Positions 1 to 12,267 are shown, counted from the first letter of the stretch. The stretch: DNA of 64,000 nucleotides from Thermoplasmata archaeon (GCA_046498385.1 JAWOAU010000074.1:9355-73354), one strand, 5' to 3'. Numbers and translations: made by a program. Notes: a model not told the origin generated them from the sequence alone.

Positions 1-993
1 ACAAGCTTTGATGTCAACCGCCGCATGTACCTTACTGGCCGAATAAGTTCGAACCTCTCGGACCTCTATTATCTTTGCGCTGAAACCGAGATGTTTGATC
101 GTACTTTTCAGTTCTTCCTCCAAGGATCCCATCCCATCGATGGGCATCACTTCGTAGTAATGGATATAACCTTTGGAATCTAGAGACTTTAATGCATGCG
201 GTAGAAAGTTTCGGGCGGAATGGGGAAGATTCATTATTATTCTGTCAGCCTTGACCTTAACATCCCGGACGTCCCCCTGCACGGTCTCGATGATATCCTC
301 CACCTTGTTCCTGCGAACGTTCTCATCAAGCAGAGATACCGCCTCCGGATTCAAGTCCACTGCATACACTTTTTCCACCTTTGTGTTCTTTGCGATCAGG
401 ATGCTGTACGGACCCACGCCGGTGAACATATCAAGTATCCGCTCTCCGGGTCGAACCCTTCGTACGACCCGCCAGCGCTCAGTGGCTAGGCGGGGTGAGA
501 AGTAAGCCTTCGATAGATCTACTACGTACTCCGCCCCGTGCTCTCTGTGCACCGTACGTGTTCTCTCTTCACCTGCTAGGTGGACCACGTCTCTGATCCT
601 CAACTCTCCCTCTACACCTCTGTCTTCGAGTACAACCTTTACATTTTTGTGAAGTTTCAGCAGTGCTTCTCCCAACTTCTTTTTATGTGGTTCCAGATTA
701 TCAGATATCTTCAGTAAGATTATGTCCCCTACTATATCGTAACTGGACGGCAGTTCGGTTTCAAATCCCGGAGGCAGCTCTATAATATCGGATAACGAAC
801 TCGGCGGTAGCTCAAGCTCTTCCATATCCCGCTCCACCACAGGGTAATCTAGGTCTACTTCATCGGTTATCAGAGGTAAAAGCAGATACCCGTTTTCGGA
901 CCTTATCTTGTGCTCGTTGGAAACGAGAGAACGACGCAAAAGTATTTTTCTAACCTCTTCTCCTTTGCTCTTCGGAACTTTAAGACATTTCAT
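1..993 (-). CDS. trm5: tRNA (guanine37-N1)-methyltransferase, Trm5/Taw22 family (C-terminal end runs off the window)
   Basis: Not in the ORF track because it leaves the window. Hand translation of the minus strand from ATG at 993 gives MKCLKVPKSKGEEVRK...AYFSPRLATERWRV...ILDMFTGVGPYSI...IIMNLPHSA, matching Trm5 signatures (YFSxRLxxER, DMFxGxGPF, NLP). Confidence 0.8.
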   Translation of the reverse strand, partial: MKCLKVPKSKGEEVRKILLRRSLVSNEHKIRSENGYLLLPLITDEVDLDYPVVERDMEELELPPSSLSDIIELPPGFETELPSSYDIVGDIILLKISDNLEPHKKKLGEALLKLHKNVKVVLEDRGVEGELRIRDVVHLAGEERTRTVHREHGAEYVVDLSKAYFSPRLATERWRVVRRVRPGERILDMFTGVGPYSILIAKNTKVEKVYAVDLNPEAVSLLDENVRRNKVEDIIETVQGDVRDVKVKADRIIMNLPHSARNFLPHALKSLDSKGYIHYYEVMPIDGMGSLEEELKSTIKHLGFSAKIIEVREVRTYSASKVHAAVDIKAC

Positions 994-1001
994 ACGCAGG
1001 A

Positions 1002-1805
1002 GTGATTGACTTGGGAGAATTAATATTCATCGGTATGGGCATCTACGACGAAAAGGACATAAGCGTCAAGGGAAAGGAAGAGCTGAAAAGAGCCGACGCC
1101 GTATACTGCGAGTTCTATACTAGCAGTCTAGCCGGTTCGGATATTTCTAAGATTGAAAGGGAATATGGTGTCGATATAGAAGTGCTGACAAGGGACCAGG
1201 TGGAGAGGGAAGAGATACCGCTTATAAGGGCCCAGGAAAAGAAAGTTGTGTTCTTGACCGCAGGAGACCCCATGGCCGCCACCACCCATGTAGATCTTCG
1301 TTTAAGGGCTCGAACTCGAGGTATCGATACTTGGTTGATACATTCTTCATCTATCTTTTCCGCCGTCGCCTCTTTACTCGGGGTACAGCACTACAAATTC
1401 GGAAAGACCATTGCTCTACCCTTTGCCGGTGAAAGGGAGTACCCTGCAAGTCCTTACCACGGGATAAAACAGAACATGGAAATGGGGCTGCACACATTGG
1501 TCCTCCTTGATATCAATGGGGAGGAACAGAAATACATGACGGTGAACCAGGGTGCGAAGGTACTCATGGAACTGGAGGAAAGGTTAGGAGAAGGTGTGAT
1601 CACCGGAGAAACCGTATTAGCGGGTTTGGCCCGGGTGGGTTCCCGGAAACCTGAGCTCAAAGTCGGTTATCCGAATGATCTGCTGGAACACGATTTTGGT
1701 GCAGGTCTGCACTGTATGGTGGTCTTCGGAGAACTTCACTTCATGGAGATCGATTCACTTATAGCTCTGGCGGGTGCGCCCGAGAGTATCGCTTATCAGG
1801 AGTAA
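1002..1805 (+). CDS. dph5: diphthine synthase
   Basis: The N-terminus LIFIGMGIYDEKDISVKGKEELKRADAVYCEFYTS is the archaeal diphthine synthase signature. The start is GTG at 1002 or TTG at 1011. Confidence 0.9.
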   Translation: MIDLGELIFIGMGIYDEKDISVKGKEELKRADAVYCEFYTSSLAGSDISKIEREYGVDIEVLTRDQVEREEIPLIRAQEKKVVFLTAGDPMAATTHVDLRLRARTRGIDTWLIHSSSIFSAVASLLGVQHYKFGKTIALPFAGEREYPASPYHGIKQNMEMGLHTLVLLDINGEEQKYMTVNQGAKVLMELEERLGEGVITGETVLAGLARVGSRKPELKVGYPNDLLEHDFGAGLHCMVVFGELHFMEIDSLIALAGAPESIAYQE

Positions 1806-1930
1806 CGCGGCTGGAGAGAGGAGCCGAACCGACCGCCTTTATCTTCACCCGGCACCGCTTCGGCGAGCCACAGTCCACCTGTGAGCAGTATAACCGCAAA
1901 TATACAGGTTATCACCTTATCAGTATTCAT
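1796..1930 (-). CDS. hypothetical 44-aa peptide with one hydrophobic helix
   Basis: 45-codon ORF below the track cutoff. ATG at 1930 lies 8 nt downstream of GAGGTG (plus-strand cacctc 1939-1944), the SD form also seen in the mbh operon. Product: MNTDKVITCIFAVILLTGGLWLAEAVPGEDKGGRFGSSLQPRYS. It overlaps the dph5 3' end by 10 nt. Confidence 0.3.
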   Translation of the reverse strand: MNTDKVITCIFAVILLTGGLWLAEAVPGEDKGGRFGSSLQPRYS

Positions 1931-2014
1931 ACAACTTACACCTCGATGACAATAGAATGGAAATAGAGTATAATATACTTATTCGAATTATACGCCATCC
2001 TTAAGCACAAGTTA

Positions 2015-2020
2015 TTTATA
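2015..2020 (+). promoter_or_regulatory. TATA-box candidate for the thermosome gene
   Basis: tttata within gttatttatag, about 48 nt upstream of ATG 2068. An AAGGTGA SD-like element sits at 2055-2061. Confidence 0.4.
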
Positions 2021-2067
2021 GAACCTCTATCTACTACCTATTAAACAGATAAAAAAGGTGAAAACAA

Positions 2068-3729
2068 ATGTTCGGAGGAAACCAACCAATATTGTTATTG
2101 AAAGAAGGCACGACCCGGGAACGGGGCAGTGATGCACAGAAAAAGAACATCGCAGCGGCCAAGGCCATAGGCGACGCGGTAAGGACCACCCTTGGACCCA
2201 AGGGTATGGACAAGATGCTCGTCGATAGCCTTGGCGACGTGGTCATAACCAACGATGGTGCGACCATACTCAGCGAGATAGACATCGTGCATCCCGCCGC
2301 CAAGATGGTCGTGGAAGTAGCAGAAAGCCAGGACGACGAATGCGGTGACGGGACAACTTCGGTTGTTGTACTGTCCGGAGAGTTATTGAAACGTGCTGAA
2401 GACTTGATAGAGCAGAACATACACCCCAGCATAATCGCTAAAGGATTCCGTATGGCTGCTTTTGAGGCACAGAGCATACTGGAAAAGAACAAGATATCCA
2501 TCGATATCGATGATCAAGAAAAACTCATGGACATCGCTAAAACCGCAATGACCGGTAAGGCGATCGAGGGTAACAAGGACCAGTTGGCTGAAATGGTCGT
2601 CAAAGCGGTAAAACAAATCGCCGAGAAGAAGGAAGGTAACTATGAAGTGGACATAGATAACATCAAGGTAGAAAAGCAGGCGGGCGCTAGCGTTGAAAAC
2701 TCAGAGATGGTCAACGGGCTGATCCTCGACAAAGAACGACTCCACAACAGGATGCCTCAGGAAGTCGAGGATGCAAAGATAGCACTGCTGAATTCTGCGA
2801 TCGAGATCAAAGAGACCGAAATGGACGCCGAGATAGAGATCACCAGTCCCGAGCAGCTTCAAAAATTCCTTGACGAAGAAGAAGGTGCCATCAAGAGGAT
2901 GGTCGAAAACATCAGGGATGTAGGAGCCAACGTACTGTTCTGTCAGAAAGGAATCGATGACCTAGCACAACACTATCTGGCTAAGGAAGGAATCTTCGCC
3001 ATCAGAAGGGTCAAGAAGTCCGATATGAAGAAGCTAGCCAAGGCCACCGGTGGTAACATAGTTACCAACCTAAAAGACCTCGAAGTAGAGGACCTTGGAG
3101 GGGCGGGACGCGTACATGAAAAGCACGTTGCCGATACACACATGACCTTCGTCGAAGATGCGGACAAAGGAAAATCGGTGTCCCTTTTACTACGTGGAGG
3201 TACGAGCCATGTTGTTGATGAACTTGAAAGAGCTGTCCACGACGCCCTCAAGGTAGTGGCGGTATCCATAGAGGACGAAGCCATACTGCCCGGTGGAGGC
3301 GCCATTGAGATCGAACTCAAGAACGGTCTGGAGGACTATGCCGACACCGTAAAAGGTAGGGAACAGCTGGCTATAAGGGCCTATGCCACCGCACTGTCCA
3401 TAATACCCCGAACACTAGCTGAAAACGCAGGTATGGACGGTATAGACGTGCTCATGGAGCTCACCGCGGCCCACGAAAAGGACGGTATGAAGACCTATGG
3501 CATCGAGATAGTATCTGGAGAGATCACAGATATGATCGAAAGCCATGTCATAGAACCGTTCCGTGTCAAGAACCAGGCACTCCAAGCCGCTACTGAAGTC
3601 GCCAACATGATCCTGAGGATCGACGACGTCGTTGCTTCCAAGGGAGGCAGTGAAGGCGGTCCGGACATGCCGGCCGGTGCACCACCAGGCGGCATGGGCG
3701 GTATGGGCGGTATGGGCGGAATGATGTAA
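2068..3729 (+). CDS. ths: thermosome subunit (group II chaperonin)
   Basis: 553 aa. Contains [26 protein letters not shown] and a C-terminal [13 protein letters not shown] tail, both typical of archaeal thermosomes. Confidence 0.95.
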   Translation: MFGGNQPILLLKEGTTRERGSDAQKKNIAAAKAIGDAVRTTLGPKGMDKMLVDSLGDVVITNDGATILSEIDIVHPAAKMVVEVAESQDDECGDGTTSVVVLSGELLKRAEDLIEQNIHPSIIAKGFRMAAFEAQSILEKNKISIDIDDQEKLMDIAKTAMTGKAIEGNKDQLAEMVVKAVKQIAEKKEGNYEVDIDNIKVEKQAGASVENSEMVNGLILDKERLHNRMPQEVEDAKIALLNSAIEIKETEMDAEIEITSPEQLQKFLDEEEGAIKRMVENIRDVGANVLFCQKGIDDLAQHYLAKEGIFAIRRVKKSDMKKLAKATGGNIVTNLKDLEVEDLGGAGRVHEKHVADTHMTFVEDADKGKSVSLLLRGGTSHVVDELERAVHDALKVVAVSIEDEAILPGGGAIEIELKNGLEDYADTVKGREQLAIRAYATALSIIPRTLAENAGMDGIDVLMELTAAHEKDGMKTYGIEIVSGEITDMIESHVIEPFRVKNQALQAATEVANMILRIDDVVASKGGSEGGPDMPAGAPPGGMGGMGGMGGMM

Positions 3730-3736
3730 GATCCGC

Positions 3737-4333
3737 TTAAAACCCTCTAAAACCCTTTACTTTTTTTATTATTTTTTTTACCTCTGAACACACGTCTTCG
3801 ATGTTTTCATGGGCATTTATTATCTCCCAGCCGTGATCTTTCGCCAATGTAAGATAGTTTTCCCGAACATTCTGTAAAAACTCCAACCTTTCATATTTGC
3901 TGGTTTCGTCTCTGGTCTGTATTCTTTTTAAAGACATTTCGGGATCGATATCAAAGAGCAGTGTTAAATCCGGTCTCAGCACGAAGGGTTCTTGGATATC
4001 AACAAGATAGTTTAGTTGGATTTCACTCTTAGCGGCCTGGTAGGCGGCGGTAGACCCCCAGTATCTGTCGCAAATCACATCTCTACCGTTTTCCAATATA
4101 TTTTGAATCTTACGGGTATGGTGCACACGGTCGGCTAGATAAAGAAAAAGATCATAATAGGGTGACGTATTTTCATGGGCTATTCTTTTAGCTAGCCTAC
4201 CGGCGGCACACCCTGTTGGTTCCCTGGTAGAGTAAACGTTTTGGAATTCAGATGCAATATGACGAGTCACTGTGGATTTTCCCGAACCGTCGATACCTTC
4301 AAGAACGATAAATATGGACATATGGTTTGACAT
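3737..4333 (-). CDS. tmk: thymidylate kinase
   Basis: P-loop IVLEGIDGSGKST near the N-terminus. The tracked 279-aa ORF carries an implausible 81-aa N-terminal extension that would overlap the divergent Sm gene. Start taken at ATG 4333, or 4321. Confidence 0.85.
   Translation of the reverse strand: MSNHMSIFIVLEGIDGSGKSTVTRHIASEFQNVYSTREPTGCAAGRLAKRIAHENTSPYYDLFLYLADRVHHTRKIQNILENGRDVICDRYWGSTAAYQAAKSEIQLNYLVDIQEPFVLRPDLTLLFDIDPEMSLKRIQTRDETSKYERLEFLQNVRENYLTLAKDHGWEIINAHENIEDVCSEVKKIIKKVKGFRGF
3761..3779 (+). terminator. oligo-T terminator candidate for the thermosome gene
   Basis: T7 and T8 tracts 32-50 nt after the stop at 3729. The same bases encode the Lys-rich tail of tmk on the opposite strand. 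Confidence 0.4.
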
Positions 4334-4403
4334 AGTGTAGTATCGTAAAAAGCTTTGCCGATGCATTAGATTTAAGTAGTGGAAGTACATACCTCGCCCC
4401 AAG

Positions 4404-4625
4404 ATGATAGATAATAGGCCCTTATCGGTGCTAAATCGGAATATTGGTAACCACGTGATAGTCGAGCTTAGGTATGGAAAGGAATACAGGGGTACCCTGG
4501 ACGGGTACGACCCCCATCTTAATCTTGTGATGAACGATGTCAAAGAATTTATAGAGGGCGAGCAGACCCGAACCATGGAAAAAGCACTGGTCAGAGGCGA
4601 TAATGTTATATATGTTTCACCTTAG
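4404..4625 (+). CDS. Sm-like archaeal protein (SmAP/LSm)
   Basis: 73 aa with Sm1/Sm2 motifs (VIVELRYGKEYRGTLDGYDPHLNLVM...RGDNVIYVSP). It sits in the conserved archaeal pairing with L37e. Confidence 0.9.
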   Translation: MIDNRPLSVLNRNIGNHVIVELRYGKEYRGTLDGYDPHLNLVMNDVKEFIEGEQTRTMEKALVRGDNVIYVSP

Positions 4626-4635
4626 GGGATAAACA

Positions 4636-4803
4636 ATGTCTAAAGGAACATCATCTAAAGGAAAGAAATCGAGTGGAAAGACCCACATCAAATGCAGGCG
4701 GTGTGGTAACAAGGCTTACCATGTACGAAAGAAGGTCTGTGCCTCCTGTGGCTTCGGCAAGAGTTCCAGGAAGAGAAAGTACTCCTGGGCAAAGGCACAT
4801 TAA
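4636..4803 (+). CDS. rpl37e: 50S ribosomal protein L37e
   Basis: Below the track cutoff. Hand translation gives [55 protein letters not shown], with the C4 zinc ribbon typical of eL37. Confidence 0.9.
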   Translation: MSKGTSSKGKKSSGKTHIKCRRCGNKAYHVRKKVCASCGFGKSSRKRKYSWAKAH

Positions 4804-4933
4804 ATCTAGCGCTCACCCTTCGAAAATCTTTTTACAGGCCGATTCTTAGTGTTAGGGAAGGTTATGATTATGGAACAACAGCGATTCATGCAGCTTTTTC
4901 ATTTACTGTTTTTTTATATCGGAGGGATTGAAC

Positions 4934-6835
4934 ATGTTTGAGATAAAGGAACGTGATGGAGCTGCAAGGATCGGCATCTTCACTACACCTCACGGAGATG
5001 TGGAGACCCCGAATATAATGCCGGTGGTGAACCCGAATATAGAACTTATATCCCCCAAGAGGCTCGAAAAAGAATTCGGATCCCAGATGCTGATAACCAA
5101 CTCTTATATTATATACCGTACCCCGGAACTCAGGGAAAGGGCGTTGGAAAAGGGACTGCATTCTCTCCTGGATTTCGGCCGGACCATTATGACTGATTCG
5201 GGAACATTTCAATCTCACGTTTACGGCGAGGTAGATATCGAACCTCTCGAGATACTTTCCTTTCAAAAAAATATCGGCTCCGACGTATGCACCATATTGG
5301 ACCGGTTCACCGAGCCCGAAGATACCCGTGGACTTGTGGAAGAAAAGGTAGATGACACCATAGAACGGGCGAAGGAGGCCTCGCATACTTATGAAGACAC
5401 TCATATTGCACTCCCGATCCAGGGTTCTCTATTTTATGACCTCAGGGAGCGGTGTGCCCACGAACTATCGATGCTGGATGGCTCTTTTTACCCCATCGGC
5501 GGCGTGGTACCGCTCCTGGAGACCTATCGGTTTCACGAGTTGGTCAAGGTGATCCTGCACTCCAAGAAGGGATTGGGACCCAGGGGGCCAGTCCACCTTT
5601 TCGGTGCCGGACATCCCATGATATATCCCTTGGCTGTCCTGCTGGGCTGTGACCTCTTCGATTCCAGCTCCTATGCCAAGTATGCACGCCGGGGGGATCT
5701 CATGTATCCATGGGGCACCAGGCATATATCAGAGGTGGAGTACCTGGGATGCGAATGCCCGGTCTGTTCCAAACAAAGTGTGTCTGAGCTCAAAGAACTG
5801 CCTGATAAAGAGCGTACCAGGAAGATCGCCGAGCACAACCTTTGGGTGAGTTATCGGGAGATTGCTCGGGTAAAACAAGCGGTACGTGAAAATTCATTAT
5901 GGGAGATGGTGGAGAACCGGGCGGGTTCTCACCCTACCCTGATAGACGGAGTTGAGGCAATATATAGCGCAGACCAGGTGATAGAGCCCTACGAACCAAA
6001 AAGTAGGAGAAGGGCCTTTTTCTACACCGGTAAGTGGAGTTTACAGAGGCCCGGAATAAAGCGACTGGTGAAATACGTTAAAGATGAATACACACCACCC
6101 TTTGACGGCGCACCTTCCATATTTTTTGACGGCTCCAACATATCTAAGCCTTACAGCAGGCACTTGAAAGATGAGCTGGAGCATCTTTTACCCGAGTGTC
6201 GAGTGAACCTGCTGGTGGACACACCCTTCGGGATGATGCCCTTGGAACTAGACGAAACTTATCCCCTGGCACAGTCCTTGTTCCCCCGAGATATGCCAAG
6301 CCCGGAGTCGTCCGGTGATGAATTTATTGCCTGGTCCGGCCCGGAGACCGTGGAGTCACTGAAGAAAAAAAAAGGCATGAGTTTAAGCGAGATGAGGGTG
6401 CGCTCTATATGTGACTATCAATTCTGCAAAGGTGCCGGTGATATACTATCCCAAGGGGAACTGACCTTCGTAAAGAACAGGAAAGGCCGCATAAAGAACG
6501 TGATTTTGGATGGAACCCACATCCTATCTATGAGGGCTTACGACGGCCTTTTTACTTTGAAATCCGCAGGTGCAAAGTTGTTGAAAGAACAGCTTGATTT
6601 TCCCGTGATGAGAGTCCAGGTACACCCGGACAGCGTGGAGTTCAACCTCCAGGGGAAAAACGTATTCGCAGGTTTTGTGACAACCGCTTGGGAAAAGTTG
6701 ACACCCTACGATGAGGTATTGGTGGTCGACCCGTCAGATTCATTGATCGCCGTAGGCCGGACCCTGCTGACTCCTGATGAAATGTATGTATTCAAAAAAG
6801 GGTTGGCGGTCAGGATAAGAGAAGGTATCCAATGA
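4934..6835 (+). CDS. tgtA: archaeosine tRNA-guanine transglycosylase with C-terminal PUA domain
   Basis: MFEIKERDGAARIGIFTTPHGDVETPNIMPVVNP is the ArcTGT N-terminus. Its length and C-terminal PUA-like region fit. GGAGGG SD at 4921-4926 lies 7 nt before ATG 4934; the track starts at TTG 4928. Confidence 0.9.
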   Translation: MFEIKERDGAARIGIFTTPHGDVETPNIMPVVNPNIELISPKRLEKEFGSQMLITNSYIIYRTPELRERALEKGLHSLLDFGRTIMTDSGTFQSHVYGEVDIEPLEILSFQKNIGSDVCTILDRFTEPEDTRGLVEEKVDDTIERAKEASHTYEDTHIALPIQGSLFYDLRERCAHELSMLDGSFYPIGGVVPLLETYRFHELVKVILHSKKGLGPRGPVHLFGAGHPMIYPLAVLLGCDLFDSSSYAKYARRGDLMYPWGTRHISEVEYLGCECPVCSKQSVSELKELPDKERTRKIAEHNLWVSYREIARVKQAVRENSLWEMVENRAGSHPTLIDGVEAIYSADQVIEPYEPKSRRRAFFYTGKWSLQRPGIKRLVKYVKDEYTPPFDGAPSIFFDGSNISKPYSRHLKDELEHLLPECRVNLLVDTPFGMMPLELDETYPLAQSLFPRDMPSPESSGDEFIAWSGPETVESLKKKKGMSLSEMRVRSICDYQFCKGAGDILSQGELTFVKNRKGRIKNVILDGTHILSMRAYDGLFTLKSAGAKLLKEQLDFPVMRVQVHPDSVEFNLQGKNVFAGFVTTAWEKLTPYDEVLVVDPSDSLIAVGRTLLTPDEMYVFKKGLAVRIREGIQ

Positions 6836-6838
6836 ATT

Positions 6839-7345
6839 TTACTCTTCTATAACGTCTATCTCAGAGGCGTCTATCTTTTTCTTTTCGGGTTCCTCGGGAG
6901 TCTCCGGTTCATGCATTGATCGTTTTACCGGACTCCAGAATGATGAACCGCAGGCCCTGCATTCCCTGGCAAATTCATCTACGGACTTTCCGCAGTCCGG
7001 GCATTCGAACTCGTTTTCCTCCATCACAAAGATTTCACCACACTCGGGACATACATCTTCATCACCTGAGATCACCGTGCCGCAGACCGGGCAAAGAAAG
7101 GTATCTTTTTCAAATTCCGCACCGCACCCGTGACACGCATGTGTATCTCCATCCACATACTCACCGCACCTGGGACATTCGAAGTCCTCCTGCCTCTCAC
7201 TTTCCCTAACCTTGTAGGTCTTTCTTTTCAACTTTTCCTTTGCCTCGTATCGGTATATAAGATACATCAAAGTGATAAATAGACCGATCACCATGACGAT
7301 CAAAGGCAGGGTCGCTCTTCCGGAGGACGTTAACAGGGTCTGCAT
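6839..7345 (-). CDS. membrane-anchored protein with three tandem double-zinc-ribbon modules
   Basis: An N-terminal TM helix is followed by three repeats of F-x-CP-x-CG-x9-11-C-x2-CG-x2-F and an acidic tail. Confidence 0.6.
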   Translation of the reverse strand: MQTLLTSSGRATLPLIVMVIGLFITLMYLIYRYEAKEKLKRKTYKVRESERQEDFECPRCGEYVDGDTHACHGCGAEFEKDTFLCPVCGTVISGDEDVCPECGEIFVMEENEFECPDCGKSVDEFARECRACGSSFWSPVKRSMHEPETPEEPEKKKIDASEIDVIEE

Positions 7346-7721
7346 CGAGATATAGATTCTTTTACAAGGTATTTAAGAATTATGTTGTGGACTACAACTC
7401 CCCAAGTGACGGTGCTTCCTACGAGTACAATGCCTGTTCTTGTATGGCACCTGTTTGTCGTAGATTATCAACAAAACGTTGATAGGCTGTCCACAAGCCA
7501 TTCTCGGATAGGTAGCGTGACATTATATTTATGGATGAGTCCGGCAATCAAGGTTTACCTTAGGAGATAAGCCTTGTAGGTCTCTTTCTTGCAACTGCGG
7601 GTAATAACACAGTGTACACAGATGTCGCAGGATCCGAGTTCCAACTCGGAGAAGGTAATAGCATGTACGATTATGCGTCCCATTCAATAAACTGGGAAGA
7701 GGAGTAAACATCACGTAGATA

Positions 7722-7809
7722 TGGTGCAGGGGAAGGGATTTGAACCCTTGGACCTCTATAGGACTAGACCCTGAATCTAGCGCCGTTGGCCATGCTTGGC
7801 TACCCCTGC
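7722..7809 (-). tRNA. tRNA-Leu (anticodon CAG), CCA encoded
   Basis: Hand fold of the reverse complement: acceptor GCAGGGG/CCCCTGC, anticodon stem CTAGA/TCTAG with loop TTCAGGG, long variable arm, T arm AAGGG-TTCAAAT-CCCTT, and 3' ACCA. Confidence 0.9.
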
Positions 7810-7819
7810 AAAGAATAGA

Positions 7820-8731
7820 TTATTCCTGCTTTTGAATTTCAAGAACGGTGACTTTGAAACGCAGTGTTTTTCCCGCTACCTCTTCGTTGAAATCAACTGT
7901 TATGGTGTCTTCACAAACGTCTACTACTATACCTCTATGGTCCTGGCTTTGTCCTGCATCTATACGAGTATTCTCCACTTTAGCTATATCCGTGTTATGC
8001 ATTCCTATATGATTAGAATTTACAATAGTCCCCTTTTCAACAAGATGTCTAACGTGTATCTCGCCGATACCATTGTTGGTGGAGGAGTCTACGGACGTGA
8101 CTTTTGACCTCCACCCCGATCCCTCCTGTTTGTAAGCGTTATAATGCTCACCGATTTCAGGATCATTTCTAAGGATAACCCGGTCACCTTCTACGGACAT
8201 AACGGTTTTTTCCCATCCCCAGAAGTGGTCTGTTACTACCATGTAAGAAGAGGGCGACGTGCCGTATCTTTCTTCAAAAAAGGAAACTGAAATGTTCTCA
8301 TAAACCGGAAGTTTCTCTTCTCGTTCAATTGTAAATACCAAATCGGTCGTACGTGTATCATAGGCCTTCTCAGGAGGTATAATAATGTGTTTCGTTTCCC
8401 CTTCTTTCATACCCACCATGTATTCGCTCCACCCCTCTATGACCCCTTCACCGACGGTGAATTGAAAAGGCTCATCCCTAACTCTCTCATCAAAGGTTAA
8501 AGTTGTCTTTTCCGGCAGATGATCACGGGAGGTGTCGAATATACGTCTTTCCTCGTAAATTCGCTCGTCTTCGAGCCAACCAGTGTAATGTACGGTTATC
8601 GCATCTCCCATCTCTATCACCGGTTCCGCATCAGGTTCGTCTTCGCTAAAGTAACCGGATGCGTATATGCCCGCCCCGGATGCGGCTATTGCGATTATAA
8701 TTATTATGATCAACGTAGTCCATCTTTTCAT
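7820..8731 (-). CDS. FKBP-type peptidyl-prolyl isomerase, SlyD-like with large insert, N-terminal membrane anchor
   Basis: A hydrophobic N-terminus is followed by VHYTGWLEDE...FQFTVGEGVIEGWSEYMVGMKEGE...PPEKAY (FKBP core). The C-terminal TVDFNEEVAGKTLRFKVTVLEI is the closing FKBP strand after an insert-in-flap region. Confidence 0.75.
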   Translation of the reverse strand: MKRWTTLIIIIIIAIAASGAGIYASGYFSEDEPDAEPVIEMGDAITVHYTGWLEDERIYEERRIFDTSRDHLPEKTTLTFDERVRDEPFQFTVGEGVIEGWSEYMVGMKEGETKHIIIPPEKAYDTRTTDLVFTIEREEKLPVYENISVSFFEERYGTSPSSYMVVTDHFWGWEKTVMSVEGDRVILRNDPEIGEHYNAYKQEGSGWRSKVTSVDSSTNNGIGEIHVRHLVEKGTIVNSNHIGMHNTDIAKVENTRIDAGQSQDHRGIVVDVCEDTITVDFNEEVAGKTLRFKVTVLEIQKQE

Positions 8732-8820
8732 GTTGGCCCGAAGAAAACATCGTATCGGTAATAAATGTTACGGCCATTACATGTATTTGGATTAGATAAA
8801 GCTTTAATAAATCCCAGTAG

Positions 8821-11563
<2,743 letters not shown>

Positions 11564-11670
11564 CGGATTACCAACATATAAGTTATATTCGGCCCATTAA
11601 GGCCGCACTGTTTAAAGTTATCGTTTACTTTACACCAATTGTTTAATAGTTCCTTTTCGATATCGTCAAC

Positions 11671-12267
11671 ATGCGTGTTGGAGTTCTTGGAGTTCAAGGT
11701 GCCGTGACGGAGCATGTATTTGCCTTTAATAATGCTTTTTCAGATGCAGGTATAGCCGGAGATGTTATTACGGTAAGAAAAAAATATCAGTTAGACAATA
11801 TCGATGCACTAGTCTTACCCGGTGGCGAAAGCAGTACTATATCAAGGCTGTTGGATATCCTTGATTTAAGAAGCAAAGTTATTTCCGAAGTTAAAAATGG
11901 GATGCCTATTATGGGGACATGTGCCGGTACGGTACTCCTAGCGTCTTGCGGCGACGAGTCGGTCGAACATTCTGATACACATTTGCTTGAACTACTGGAT
12001 GTTTCAGTAATAAGGAACGCATTCGGTAGACAGCGTGAATCATTTGAATGCTTTTTAGATATAGATGGCTTAAATGAACCCTTCCCAGGGGTGTTTATAC
12101 GTGCACCGGTAATGAATCTTTTACCAAATTCCCGTGCAAAAGTTATCGCTAGGTACGATGGGAAAATTGTGGGGGTAGAGCAGGAACATATTCTTTCCTT
12201 CTCTTTCCACCCTGAGCTAACAGATGATACACGCATGCATCGATACTTTCTTGAAAAGATATTCTAG
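11671..12267 (+). CDS. pdxT: pyridoxal 5'-phosphate synthase, glutaminase subunit
   Basis: MRVGVLGVQGAVTEH...LPGGESSTISRLL...GTCAG is the PdxT/SNO pattern. No pdxS lies adjacent. Confidence 0.9.
   Translation: MRVGVLGVQGAVTEHVFAFNNAFSDAGIAGDVITVRKKYQLDNIDALVLPGGESSTISRLLDILDLRSKVISEVKNGMPIMGTCAGTVLLASCGDESVEHSDTHLLELLDVSVIRNAFGRQRESFECFLDIDGLNEPFPGVFIRAPVMNLLPNSRAKVIARYDGKIVGVEQEHILSFSFHPELTDDTRMHRYFLEKIF

Noticed and set aside
3661-3729. Tandem ggcggtatg repeats at the 3' end of the thermosome gene.
   Set aside because: They encode the GGM-repeat C-terminal tail that is a normal feature of group II (and group I) chaperonins. This is not a novel repeat.
4334-4576. 81-aa N-terminal extension of the tmk ORF (tracked as 3737-4576). 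A similar 37-aa extension occurs on the copR-like ORF (18285-18395).
   Set aside because: The extensions precede the family N-termini (the P-loop and the HTH respectively). They run into the neighbouring divergent gene or promoter region, and the translated sequence looks non-protein-like.
7722-7809. Looked for an integrated element using tRNA-Leu as an attachment site.
   Set aside because: There is no integrase, no duplicated tRNA 3' segment and no foreign-looking gene block on either side.
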